Assembly: GCA_028826165.1 (NCBI GenBank)
Contig: JAPDFW010000061.1
Span: 310,001-374,000 of the forward strand
Source of the DNA: Anaeramoeba ignava BMAN
Taxonomy: Eukaryota > Protista > Anaeramoebae
DNA: 64,000 nt
Reading direction: 5' to 3'
A model generated the notes under the pieces. The model searched no databases. It was not told the origin of the DNA and was given only the letters and a program-made list of their open reading frames with translations. Below are positions 1 through 13,524 of the stretch, in pieces (the first letter of the stretch is position 1; each line of letters begins with the position of its first letter). Made by a program: the position numbers and the translations under genes.

Positions 1-2560
1 TTGAATTGAATTGAATTGAATATTGAATTGAATATTGAATTGAATTAAATATTGAATAGAATATTAAATATTGAATATTGAATTGAATATTAAATTGAAT
101 ATTGAATTGAATTGAATTGAATTGAATATTGAATTGAATATTGAATTAAATATTGAATTGAATATTGAATTGAATATTGAATTGAATATTGAATTGAATT
201 GAATTGAATAAATATTAAATATTGAATTGAATTAAAATTGAATTAAATATTGAATGAATATTGAAATTGAATATTGAATTAAATATTGAATTGAATTGAA
301 ATTATTGAATTAAATATTGAATTGAATATTGAATTGAATACGAATATTGAATCAAAATGAAATGAATGAAATTGAATTGAATATTGAATATTGAATATTG
401 AATTGAATGAATATTGAAATTGAATATTGAATTGAAAATTGAATATTAAAATGGAATCGAATATAAATATTAAAATATTGAATATTGGAATGGAATCGTG
501 GTGAATTGAAAAATAAAATATTGAAATGGAATTGAATTGAAATTGAATCAAAATATTGAATGGAATATTGAAATTAAATATTGAAATGGAATCGAATATG
601 AATGAATATTGAATTGAAATGGAATGAATCGATTGAATATTGAAATGAAATTGAATGAAATTGAATATTGAAAATTGAATGAATACGAATTGAATGAATG
701 GAATTAAATATTAAATTGAATTAAATATAAATTGAATTAAATATTGAATTGAATTGAATATTGAAATTGGAATTCAAATATTGGTGAATCGAATCGAAAT
801 TGAATTGAAATTGAATGAATTGAATTGGAATTGGAATTGAATAAATTGAATTGAATGGAATGGAATCGAAATGGGAATTGAATTGAATTGAAATGAAATG
901 GAATCGAAATCGAATGGAATGAATGGAATGGAAAATTGGAATTGAATATTGAATAAATATTGAATTGAATATTGGGTGAATATTGGAATTAAATATTGAA
1001 TGAATATTAAATTGAAATATAAATAAATATTGAATATGAATATTGAATGAATATTGAAATTGAATTGAATATTGAATATTGAATATTGATATGAATATTG
1101 GAATGAATATTGAATATTGAATGAATAATGAATTGAATTGAAATTGAATATTGAATTGAAAAATTGAATTGAATAATTGAATTAAATATTGGAATTGAAT
1201 ATTGAATTGAATATTGAATTGGGTGAATATTGAATTGAATATTGAAATTGAATGAATAATGAATTGAAATTGAAATGAATCAAATATTGAATTGAAATTG
1301 AATTGGAATGAAATTGAAATCGAATTGAATGGAATGAATCGAATTGAATATAAATTGAATTGAATATTGAAATAAAATATTGAAATGAAATATCGAATAA
1401 ATATTGAATAAATATTGAATATTGAATAAAATTAAATATTGAATATTGAATAAATATTGAATACGAATATTGAATACGAATATTGAATATTAAATATGTG
1501 GCAAAATTGAAATTGAATATTGAATACGAATATTGAATATTGAAATTGAATGAATGAATATGAATACGAATATTGAATAATGAATTGAATATTGAATTGA
1601 ATGAATATTGGAATTGAATATTGAAATTGAATTGAAATTGGAATGAAATAAAATTGAAATGAATCGGAATTGAATTGAATATTGAATTGAATACGGGAAT
1701 CAAATATTGAATGAATATTAAATATCACAAATCGAATAAAATGAATTGAATATTAAAATAAAATTGAATGAATTGAATATTGAATTGAATTGAATTGAAT
1801 ATTGAATTGAATATTGAATCAAATATCGAATTGAATTGAAATTAAATTCAAATATTGAATTGAATTAAAATTGAATCAAAATTGAATATTGAATTGAATA
1901 TTGAATTGAATATTGAATTGAAATTGAATAAATATTGAATTGAATTAAATATTGAATCGAAATTGAATCGAAATTGAAATTGAATATTGAATCGAATATT
2001 GGAATTGAATTGAATTGAAATTGAAATTGAATTGAAATATGAATAAATATTGAATTGAATGAATGAATTGATATTGAATATTGAATGAATATTGAAATGA
2101 ATTGAAATTGAAATTGAATATTAAATATTGAATTGAATATTAAATATTGAATTGAATATTAAAAATTGAATTGAATATTAAATATTGAATATTGAATATT
2201 AAATATTGAATTGAATATTAAATATTGAATTAAATATTAAATTAAATATTGAATTGAATATTGAATATTAAATATTGAATTGAATATTAAATATTGAATA
2301 TTAAATATTAAAATGAAAGAATTAAATTGAAAATTGAATTGAATTGAATTGGATTGAATATTGAATATTGAATTGAATTGAATTAAATATTGAATTGAAT
2401 ATTGAATTGAATATTGAATTGAATATTGAATTGAATTGAATTGAATATTGAATTGAATTGAATATTGAATTGAATTGAATTGAATTGAATTGAATATTGA
2501 ATTGAATTGAATTGAATTAAATATTAAATTAAATTGAATTGAATTGAATTGAATTAAATT
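1..2560 (+). repeat. Degenerate TTGAA/TTGAATA microsatellite filling a large intron that runs off the window start
   Basis: Continuous ttgaa/ttgaata units, G-rich over C, more degenerate in the middle; ends just before the acceptor tttttAG at 2571-2572. Confidence 0.85.
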
Positions 2561-2572
2561 TATAATTTTTAG

Positions 2573-3098
2573 TGCACATGAAAAAACTGTTTATGATGGA
2601 AGAACTATCATTTCACAAAAAGATATAATTTTTGCTTTGAAAGAACTTGGTTTTGAAGAATTTGAACAAGAAATTTTATCTACAATTGAATTACAAAAAA
2701 ATATGAAAAAAAAAAAGAAAAAACAAATCACAATTTCAAATGAAAATGAAAATGAAAATCAAAATCAAAATCAAAATGAAAATGAAAATCAAAATCAAAA
2801 TGAAAATCAAAATCAAAATCAAAATGAAAATCAAAATCAAAATCAAAATGAAAATGAAAATCAAAATCAAAATCAAAATCAAAATCAAAATCAAAATCAA
2901 AACCAAAATGATAAAGAAATTGATAAAGAAATTGATAAAGAAATTGATAAAGAAATTGATATTGAAATTGAAAACGAAATTCAAATTAAAAGGAAAAGAA
3001 AAACTAAAAAAAAAGAAAAAGAAAAAGAAAAAGAAAAAGAAAAAGAAACTCAAAAAAATACAATCCTTGCATATTTTTCTCATCAAAAACGAAAATAG
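2573..3098 (+). CDS. Terminal exon of a histone-fold protein (NF-YB/DPB4-POLE3/NC2beta class) with an N/Q/E low-complexity tail
   Basis: After AG(2571-72) the frame reads AHEKTVYDGRTIISQKDIIFALKELGFEEFEQEI, matching histone-fold L2-alpha3 (RKTI..EDV..ALKELGF). Upstream exons are outside the window. Confidence 0.75.
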
Positions 3099-3208
3099 AA
3101 AGAAATTTTATAAAAATTATATTTTTTTAATTTTTGAAAATAAAATTTTCATTTTTTTTCTTTCATTATTTTCATTATTTTATTTTATAAAACAAAAAAC
3201 AATAACAA

Positions 3209-3754
3209 ATGGAAGAACCAAAACTTTGTAAAGCAGGTTGTGGATTTTATGCAAGTATAAATGGACTTTGTAGTGTTTGTTCAAGAAAAATTTCACAAGG
3301 AATTTCATTATCAAAACTTCAAGAAACAAATAAAATACTTGAAGAAACAAAAGAAACAGAAATTACAACAACAACAACAACAAAAAATAATCAAAATCCA
3401 AAACTTGAAAAAAAAATTACTCAACTTGCAATGAAGGATCATCAATTTGAAGCCTTTAAAAAACATGTGATTGAAATGCAAGAAATAACCCCAAAAAAAC
3501 TTCAAGAAGAATTTGAAGTATTAAAACCTTTATTATTATCAAATCAAGCACATGATTTAATCAAAGAATTTTTTATTGAACTTGAAAAAAGAGGAGAAGA
3601 ACAAAATTATTTATTTGAACATGTAATTTATTCTCGTGTTCTTGATGGATATAATCTTCGTGCTGATTTCGGAGTTGAAGGATATTATCATAGAGCACCT
3701 GATGGAAAATTGCCTTTATTCTTGAATAAAGCTACATTTTATTGGAATTTATAA
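3209..3754 (+). CDS. A20-type zinc-finger protein with an unrecognised C-terminal domain
   Basis: N-terminal LCKAGCGFYA..GLCSVCSR is the zf-A20 pattern; no AN1 finger at the C-terminus; TCATTT motif upstream. Confidence 0.8.
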   Translation: MEEPKLCKAGCGFYASINGLCSVCSRKISQGISLSKLQETNKILEETKETEITTTTTTKNNQNPKLEKKITQLAMKDHQFEAFKKHVIEMQEITPKKLQEEFEVLKPLLLSNQAHDLIKEFFIELEKRGEEQNYLFEHVIYSRVLDGYNLRADFGVEGYYHRAPDGKLPLFLNKATFYWNL

Positions 3755-3849
3755 ATCAAAACAATATAAAAAAAATTTTTTTCATTTTTTTCTTTCTTTC
3801 TTCTTCAATAAAAATAAAAATAAAAATAAAAATAAAAATAAAAATCAAA

Positions 3850-6800
3850 ATGAATATTTGGGAAATTGTTGAACAAAATAATATCCAGTTATTAAAAACC
3901 GTTGATTCAATCCTAATAAAGGATTTAATAAAAGATAAAAAACCCATTTTAAATTTTGCAATTCAAAAACAAGTTTCAAAAGAAATGATTCAATTTTTAA
4001 TTTCAAAAGGAGCAAATCCAAATTCTGTTGATAAAAATAAAAGAAATTCGTTACATTTAGCTTGCCAATACAAGAATCTTGAAGTTATTAAGATTTTAGT
4101 TGAAAAAGGAGTTGATATTAATGCAAAAACAAATAAAAGAGAAACATCTTTACATTTTGCTTGTCAATATAATTCTCTTGAAATTATCAAATATTTAATT
4201 GAAAAAGGAATCAATATGAACATAAAGGACGACAGAATCAAAACTCCTTTCGATTTAGCTAAATATTATAATTCACTCAATTTGATAGATTATCTTGTTC
4301 AAAAAGGAGTCAATATCATTAATACAGAATTGCAAGAAAATCCAATTTTTCCACAATTATTTTATCAATATGAACAAAATCAAAAATGTTTTGAAATTAT
4401 AAAATATTTGATTGAAAAAGGTGCCAATATTAACGCAGAAGATGGAGAAAATAAAACACCTTTGCATTACAGCTGCGAATATTGCTCATTGGAAATTATC
4501 AAATATTTAATTGAAAGCCAATCTGATATTAATAAAAAAGATTTTAGAAATCAAATGCCTTTACATTTAGCTTCTCAATATAATTCATATGAAGTGATAA
4601 AATATTTAGTTGAAAAGGGTGCATGTCGAAGTACTACAAACAAAACAAACGAGCTTCCTTTACACATCGCATGCAAATATCAAAACAACAAAAACTCTTT
4701 GGAAATTATAAAATTGTTGTTAGTAGACAAAACTTATATCAACACCAAAACACAAGGAAATCAAACACCTTTACACTTGGTGTGTCAATTTCAGAATCAA
4801 GATAATGTTGATAAAATTGTTCAATATTTATTTAAAAAAGGAGCAGACATCAATGAAGAAACATATTCAAATGAAACAGTTTTGCATTACGCTTGTCGAA
4901 ATAAACACAAAAATTCATTCGAGATTATCAAATCTCTTCTGCAACATCAAATAAGTGTTACATATCAAAACAACGATCATCAATCACCTTTGCATCTTGC
5001 TTTCTTATATCAACATGAAAAAACCTTTGAAGTTATTAAACTTCTTGTAGAAAAAGGTGCAAATGTAAATTCAAAAATAAAAACGATGAAACTCCTTTAC
5101 ATTTAGCTTGTCAATATATTTCATTCGAAATTATTAAACTTCTTGTAGAAAAAGGTGCAAATGTAAATTCAATAAATAAGAACGATGAAAACCCTTTGCA
5201 TTTAGCTTGCCAATATAATTCATTTGAAAGCATTAAATATCTTGTAGAAAAAGGTGCAAAAATAAATCCAATAAATAAGAACGATGAAAACCCTTTGCAT
5301 TTAGCTTGCCGATATAATTCCTTTCAAAGCATTGAATATCTTGTAGAAAAAGGTGCAAACATAAATGCAAGAACTAAGAATGAAGAAAACCCTTTGCATT
5401 TAGCTTGCCAATATAATTCATTTGAAACTATTAAATATCTTATAGAAAAAGATGCAAATGTAAATGCAAAAAATAAGAATGAAGAAACTCCTTTACATTT
5501 CGGATTAATGAATCATATATCAGAAAATCGACTTGAAATTGCGAAATTATTAGTAAAAAATGGAGCATATATCCTGACTGTAAACAAAAAAAAAGAAACA
5601 TTATTGCATTATTTTTGTAAAAAGAAAGACACTTCATTAGAAATTATAAATTTTTTGATTGAAAATAACATCAGCATTAACGAAAAAAATTATCAAGAAC
5701 AATCACCTTTACATTATGCTTGCTTAAATGAATTGGATCATATTATCAAGCTTCTCATTGAAAAAGGAGCTAATATCAATTCCACAAACAGAAACGGTCA
5801 AACACCACTATATTTTGCTTGTTCCAAAAAAGTTTCAATAGAAAATATCGGATATTTAATTGAAAAAGGAGCAGAAATCAATGCAAAAGATAAATCAAAC
5901 AACCAAACACCTTTGCATTTAGCCTGCATAAATAACAACAAGCAAGCAATTAAATTATTAATAGAAAAAGGAGCTGATCCAGATCCTAAAACTTTCAGAA
6001 ATCAAACACCTCTTCATTTTTTTTGTCAACACAATCACTCTTTTAATGAAGACCAAGAAGCAATTGAAATTGTTAAAATTTTATTTGAAAAAGGAGCTGA
6101 CATTTCCTTCAAAAATAAATTTGGCCAAAATCCTTTTCATTATGCTTGTCAGTCAAATTCATTCCAAATTATCAAATTTATGGTCGAAAAGGGAATTGAT
6201 GTTAATCAGCAAAGCAACAAACATCAATCACCTTTGCATTTACTTTCTCAGAATATTTCCAAAGGATCTTTTCAAATTATAAAATTTTTGGTTGAAAAAG
6301 GAGCTGATATAAAGGCTAAAGATAATCAAAAAAGAAGCATTTTGCATTATTCTTGCCAAAATACAAATGTATATGCTCTTCAAATTATAGAATTTCTTAT
6401 TGGAAAAGGGATTGATATCAATGAAAAAGCAGAAAAAAATCGAACTGCTTTGCATTTTACTTGTATTTATCAATCAGATGAAAATCATTCTTATAAAGTT
6501 CTGAAATATTTAATTGATCATGGAGCTGATGCAAGTATTATGGATAATGGTAATGAAACTGCATTAAGAACTGCCATCTTTAGAAACAATATAAAATCTA
6601 TCAAGTTACTCTTAATGAATGATGGAATTATGTTTGATTTGCATGACACGGAAATTAGAAAAGAAATGATTGAGTTGCTTCCTCAAATTTATTCAATTAA
6701 TGAAGATTTAAACAAGTTTATGAAATTAGATGATAATTTGAAAGATTTCCAAATCAAATCCAATAATTCTTCAATATTCCATGTTCATAAATCATTTCTT

Positions 6801-7514
6801 TTATTAAGATTTGATAATAATCAATCAATTTTGCAAAAATTTATCAACATTTGCTTTCAAAAACCAAATGAAATTGTTCAAATTGCCTTAAATTTTCTTT
6901 ATACAGGATTTCCTGATTTTGATCATTTCCTTCAGAGAGTTCACAATTTGATTGATTATGCTAACAAATCTATTTCTCTGAAAAGGGATTATAAAAAAAA
7001 CATTATTCGTTGGAATCATTTTTTTGATCAAAAAAATCAATTACTTCTTTCAAGAAAGCAACAAATTACCATTGAAAATGAAAAAGATAAAAAACAAAAT
7101 GATGTTATAAATGAGTTTTTCCAAGAAATGGGATTTGATTCAAGTTGGATTAGACTCAAAAAAGGAAGAAGAGGAATATTGAAAGATTTACAAAAATTAT
7201 ATGAAAATGAATCAACAAAAGATTTTACAATAATTTGTGGAGAAGAAGAAAAAGAAATCAAAATTCATAAATTAATATTAATAATAAGAAGTGAATTATA
7301 TAAAGGAATGTTTTTAAGTGTTCAAGATTCATCAAATCAAGTTCATGACTATTCAGGAAAATCATTTGAAACAATAAATCAATTAATTTATTTTCTTTAT
7401 CATGATGAATTTAATGAAAAAGAAATTAATCAAGAAGAATTTGAAGATGTTAAAGATTATTATCAATTAAATGAAAATTCAATAATTGATTTCCTTCTAA
7501 AAGATTATATTTAA
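3850..7514 (+). CDS. Ankyrin-repeat + tandem BTB/POZ protein, copy A1 (one frameshift near 5075)
   Basis: ATG at 3850 (MNIWEIV, like the paralogs); TPLH-type ankyrin repeats; BTB1 (FHVHKSFLLLRF..LNFLYTG); BTB2 (DFTIIC..IKIHKLILIIRSELYKGMF). One A is missing in tcaaaaataa relative to the next repeat. Confidence 0.9.
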
Positions 7515-7533
7515 TCAATAAAAATTAAAATTA

Positions 7534-7555
7534 TTTTTTTCATTTTTTTCATTTT
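7534..7555 (+). promoter_or_regulatory. T-rich TCATTT initiator-like motif (tandem)
   Basis: tttttttcatttttttcatttt in the 63-bp gap before ATG 7578; the same motif precedes most genes. Confidence 0.65.
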
Positions 7556-7577
7556 CTTTTTTCAATTCAATAAAAAA

Positions 7578-10401
7578 ATGAGAGTAATCAAGAAAAATAG
7601 AAAATTTTTTATTGCTTGTCAAAAAAATTCTTTTCAAGAGATTAAAAATTATATTACTCAAGGAATTAATATTAATGCAAAAACAGTGAAAGAAAATGAG
7701 ACAGCTTTACATATAGTTTGTAAAACTCAGAAGCAAGAAACAATGAAAATTATCAAATATTTAATTCAAAACGGAGCAAAAATTAATTCAAAAAATAAAA
7801 AGGGTCAAACACCTTTTCATCTATCATGTCAAAATAATTCAATTCAAGTTGTCATCTTTTTGATTCAAGAAGATGCAAGTTTAGATAAAAAAACAAGTAA
7901 AAAAGAAACCGTTTTGCATTATGCTTGTCAAAATCATGAAAATCCACTTGAAATCATCCAACTATTGGTTGAAAATGATATTGATCTAAATTTAACAACA
8001 AACGATCACCAATCAATTTTGCATTATACTTGCCAATACCAAAAAAATGGAAATTGTCTTGAAATTATCAAATATTTGATTGAAAAAGGAATTGATATTA
8101 ATTCAAAAACTATCCAAAATGAAACATCCTTGCATATAGCTTGCCAATATCAAAAAAGCATCAATTCTTTTGAAATTATAAAATATTTGGTTGAAAATGG
8201 AGTAGATATAAACGTACAAAATAACGATAATGAAACAGCTTTGCATTTATTTTGTCAATATCAACAAAACGAAAATTGTCTTGAAATTATCAAATATTTG
8301 TTTGAAAAAGGGATTAATATTAATTTAAAAAACAAAAACAATGAAACAGTTTTACATTTAGCTTGCAAATATCAATCTTTTCCAATTATACAATATTTTG
8401 TTGAGAAAGGAATTGATATTAATTCCAAAAATATTGATAATGAAACAGCTTTGCATTTAGTTTGCCAATATCAAAAAAATGAAAATTCATTTGAAATTAT
8501 CAAATATTTGTTTGAAAAAGGGATTAATATTAATTTAAAAAACAAAAACAATGAAACAGTTTTACATTTAGCTTGCAAATATCAATCTTTTCCAATTATG
8601 CAATATTTTGTTGAGAAAGGAATTGATATTAATTCCAAAAATATTGATGATGAAACAGTTCTACATTTGATTTGCAAACAAAAAAAATCGTTTGAGATTA
8701 TTAAATTTCTCATTGAAAAAGGAGCTAATATCAATTCAACAAACAAAAGAAATGAAACAGTTTTGCATATTGTTTGTGGACACCATAATGAAGAAAAATT
8801 CATTTGAAGTCATTAAATATTTTGTTGAGAAAGGAGCTGATATTAATTCCAAAAATATTGATGATGAAACAGCTCTACATTTGATTTGCAAACAAAAAAA
8901 TCCTCTTGAGATTATTAAATTTCTTATTGAAAAAGGAGCTAATATTAATTCAACAAACAAAAGAAATGAAACAGTTTTGCATATTGTTTGTGAACACCAT
9001 AATGAAGAAAATTCATTTGAAGTCATTAAATATTTAATTGAAAAAGGAGCTGATATTCATGCTCAGAACCATAAAAAACAGATAGCTTTGCATATCATTT
9101 GTCGTCATCAATCCAAAATTAGCACGTTTGGAATTGCTAAATATTTGATTGAAAAGGGAGCTGATGCTAATTCAAATGCTCAGAATACTAGAAATCCAAC
9201 ACCTTTACTTATAGCTTGCCAATATTATAACAAAGAAAATTCGTATCCAGTAATAAAACTTCTTCTTGAAAATGGTGCTGATGTTAATTCAAAAAACAAA
9301 GACGGTGACACACCTTTACATTTTGCTTGCCAACAAGATTATTCTTTGATTATCAAATATTTGATTAAACAGGGAGCTGATACAAATGCAAAAAACAAAC
9401 AAAATCAAAATCCTTTAAGAATTATCATCCAAAAAAACAATCCAGAAATTATCAAGTTACTCTTAATGAATGATGGAATTATGTTTAATTTACATGACAC
9501 GGAAATTAGAAAAGAAATGATTGAGCTTCTTCCTAAAATTTATTCAATTAATGAGGATTTAAACAAGTTTATGAAATTAGATGATAATTTGAAAGATTTC
9601 CAAATCAAATCCAATAATTCTTCAATATTCCATGTTCACAAATCATTTCTTTTATTAAGATTTGATAATAATCAATCAATTTTGCAAAAATTTATCAACA
9701 TTTGTTTTCAAAGACCAAATGAAATTGTTCAAATTGTTTTAAATTTTCTTTATACAGGATTTCCTGATTTTGATCATTTTCTTCAGAGAGTTCGCAATTT
9801 CGTTGATTATGCTAACAAATATATTTCTCTGAAAAGGGATTATAAAAACAGACAAATTACTTACAAAAAATATAAAAAAGAAAGTAGCAATCTAATCGCT
9901 TTTAGAGAAGAACAAATAAATAACGAAAATCACATTGAAAATGAAAAAGATAAAAAACAAAATGATGTTATAAATGAGTTTTTCCAAGAAATGGGATTTG
10001 ATTCAAGTTGGATTAAATTGAAAAAAGGAAGAAGAGGAATATTGAAAGATTTACAAAAATTATATCAAAATGAATCAACAAAAGATTTTACAATAATTTG
10101 CGGAGAAGAAGAAAAAGAAATTAAAGTTCATAAATTAATATTAATATTAAGAAGTGAATTATTCAAAGGAATGTTTCAATTAAATGTTCAAGATTCATCA
10201 AATCAAGTTCATGACTATTCAGGAAAATCATTTGAAACATTGTACCAATTAATTTTCTTCTTTTATAATGATAGATTTGATAAATCAAAAAAAATTAAAA
10301 AAGAGGAATTCCAAGATATTAAAGATTATTATCAATTAAATGAAAATTTAACAATAGATTTAGTTCTTCAAAAAAAAAATACACAAAAAAAAAAGAAATA
10401 A
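7578..10401 (+). CDS. Ankyrin-BTB-BTB protein, copy A2 (frameshift near 8797)
   Basis: ORFs 7578-8807 and 8692-10401 join by removing one A in gaagaaaaatt (compare the duplicate repeat at about 9001). Confidence 0.9.
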
Positions 10402-10455
10402 ACTTACAAAACAATTTGAAAAATTCATTTTTTTCTTTCTACAATAAAAATCAAA

Positions 10456-13400
10456 ATGGATATTCGGGAAATCATCCAGAAAAATAATATTCAATTATTA
10501 AAAGAACTTAAAACAATCCCAATAAATCATTTAGGAGGAAATAGAGAACCAATTTTAAATTTTGCAATAGAAAAACAAGTTTCAAAGGAAATAATTGAAT
10601 TTTTAATTGCAAAAGGAGCAACTCCAAATTCTGTTGATAAATATAACAGAAATTCACTACACATTGCAATCAAAAATAAATCACCAATCCAAATTATCAA
10701 TCTTTTAGTTGAAAAAGGAGTTGATATAAATGCAAAAACAAAAAAAAGAGAAACACCTTTACATTTTGCTTGTGAGTATAATTCAAGAATTGAAATTATC
10801 AAAATTTTAGTTGAAAAAAAGGTTAATATCAATGCACAAGCTTATAAAATGAAAACTCCCCTTCATTTTGTTTTCCAAAGTAAACGCAAAAATTCACATG
10901 AAATGGTCAAATATTTGATCGAAAAAGGGGCTTCTATTGATTCTATAAACAGAAAATCAGAAACACTTTTGCATTTATCCTGTAAATATAACTCATTCGA
11001 AATTACTAAATTTCTAATTGAAAACAGAGCTGATATTGAGTTAAAAGATTACCAAAGTAACTCTCCTATACATATATCTTGCAAAAACAATTCATTCAAA
11101 ATAGTAGATTTATTAATTAAAAATGGAGTTGATATTGATTCAAGAAACAAAGGAAAGAAAACAGCTTTACATATCGCTTTTAAAAATGGATTTACTGAAA
11201 TTCTTAAATTATTAATTGAAAAAGGTGCTAATATTAATTTAAAAGATAATCAAGACGAAACAATTTTACATTATGCATGCAAATCAAATTTGTCATTGGA
11301 AATTATCGAGTATTTGATCGAAAAAGGTGCTGATATAAATCTGAAAAATAAAGATGAAGATACACCTTTACATTTTTTATCCAAATCAGAGCAAAAAGAA
11401 AATTTATTTGAAATTATTAAATTTCTGATTGAAAAAGGAGCTGATATAAATATTAAAAATATAGACGGTCAAAATCCATTGCATTTAGCTTGTCAATACC
11501 AATCATTCGAAATTATTGAATATTTCATTTCCAAAGGAATTGATATTAACTCAAAAAACAAATTTGATGAAAATCCATTGCATTTAGCTTGTCAATACCA
11601 ATCATTCGAAATTATTGAATATTTCATTTCCAAAGGAATAGATATTAACTCAAAAAACAAATTTGATGAAAATCCATTGCATTTAGCTTGCCAATACCAA
11701 TCATTTGAAATTATTAAATATCTCATTTACAAAGGAATAGATATTAACCCAAAAAACAAATTTGGGCAAACTCCTTTGCATTTCGCTTCCCAATATAATT
11801 CGTTTGAAATTATTAAATATCTCATTTACAAAGGAATTGATGTTAACGCAAAAAGTAAATTTGGGCAAACTCCTTTGCATTTCGCTTCCCAATATAATTC
11901 GTTTGAAGTTATCAAATTTCTTGTTGAGAATGGGGCAGAGATAAATATACAAAATGAATACAATGAAACATCTTTACATTTAGTTTGTCAGTATAATTCA
12001 TTCCAAATTATCAAATTTCTTGTTGAAAAAGGAGCTAATGTCAATTCAAAAATCATTAGATCAATGATATATCCTTTAGATCTTGTTTGTCAATACCAAC
12101 ATCACAAATTGCTTGAAATCATCAAATCAATAGTTGAAAAAAATGCAGATATTAATAACAAAGACTCACAAAACAGAACTCCGTTACATAAACTCTGTCG
12201 ATATCAAAATGATGAAAATTCATTTGAAGTTATCAAATATTTGATTGAAAATGGTGCAGATGTCAATGCACTAACATATAATCAAGAATCTCCTTTGCAT
12301 TTAATTTGCGAATATCAACAAAACCAAAATTCTTTTGAAATTATCAAATTTTTGTTTCAAAAGGTTCTAATCTTAATTGTAAAACGAAAGCAGGAAAGCA
12401 AACTCCTTTACATTTGGCCTGTAAATTTCAAAAAAACTTAGAAAACTCATTCCAAATCATTAAATTTCTTATTGATAATGGAGCAGATATTAAAGAAAAA
12501 AATAGCTTCGGTCAAACACCGTTAAAAATTGCAATTCAATATGAAAATATAAAACGCAATTAAAGTGATATTAATGAATGATGGAATTATGTTTGATTTG
12601 CATAGCACACAAATCCCAAAAGAAATGGTTGAGTTGCTTCCTCAAATTTATTCAATTAATGAAGATTTAAACAAGTTTATGAAATCAGATGATAATTTCA
12701 AAGATTTCCAAATCAAATCCAATAATTCTTCAATATTCCATGTTCACAAATCATTTCTTTTATTAAGATTTGATAATAATCAATCAATTTTGCAAAAATT
12801 TATCAACATTTGCTTTCAAAAGACCAAATGAAATTGTTCAAATTGCCTTAAATTTTCTTTATACAGGATTTCCTGATTTCGATCATTTCCTTCCAAGCAT
12901 AAACAAGTTAATTAATTATAAAAATCAATTAAATAACCTTATAGCACAATATAATTCAAGTTTCTTATCTATATTTAATTATTTTGATAAAAGAGATGAA
13001 ATTGAAAAATTAAAGCAAATTGAAATTGATAAATATGAAAATGAAAATAAAGTTATGGAAGAGTTTTTCCAAGAAATGGAATTTGATTCGAATTGGATTG
13101 AATTGAAAAAGGGAAGAAGAGGAATATTGAAAGATTTACAAAAATTATATCAAAATGAATCAACAAAAGATTTTACAATAATTTGTGGAGAAGAAGAAAA
13201 AGAAATTAAAGTTCATAAATTAATATTAATAATAAGAAGTGAATTATTCAAAGGAATGTTTTTAAGTGTTCAAGATTCATCAAATCAAGTTCATGATTAT
13301 TCAGGAAAATCATTTGAAACATTAAATCAATTAATTTATTTTCTTTATCATGATGAATTTAATGAAAAAGAAATTAATCAAGAAGAATTCGAAGATGTTA

Positions 13401-13462
13401 AAGATTATTATCAATTAAATGAAAATTCTATAATTGATTTCCTTTTAAAAGATTTTATTTAA
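10456..13462 (+). CDS. Ankyrin-BTB-BTB protein, copy A3 (frameshifts near 12360, 12553, 12820)
   Basis: Ankyrin array then BTB-BTB nearly identical to A1/A2; all three breaks are in A-runs. Confidence 0.88.
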
Positions 13463-13481
13463 TCAATAAAATTTAAATTTA

Positions 13482-13503
13482 TTTTTTTCATTTTTTTCAT
13501 TTT
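13482..13503 (+). promoter_or_regulatory. TCATTT initiator-like motif upstream of the cyanophycinase
   Basis: The intergenic sequence is nearly identical to 7515-7577. Confidence 0.65.
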
Positions 13504-13524
13504 CTTTTTTAATTCAATAAAAAA

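Noticed and set aside
279-1728. Minus-strand ORFs rich in F/N/I/Q/S
   Set aside because: Chance open frames of the TTGAATA satellite inside an intron.
3742-3849. 36-aa N-terminal extension of A1
   Set aside because: Runs through the previous stop, the TCATTT motif and an aaaata repeat; paralogs start at MNIW (3850).
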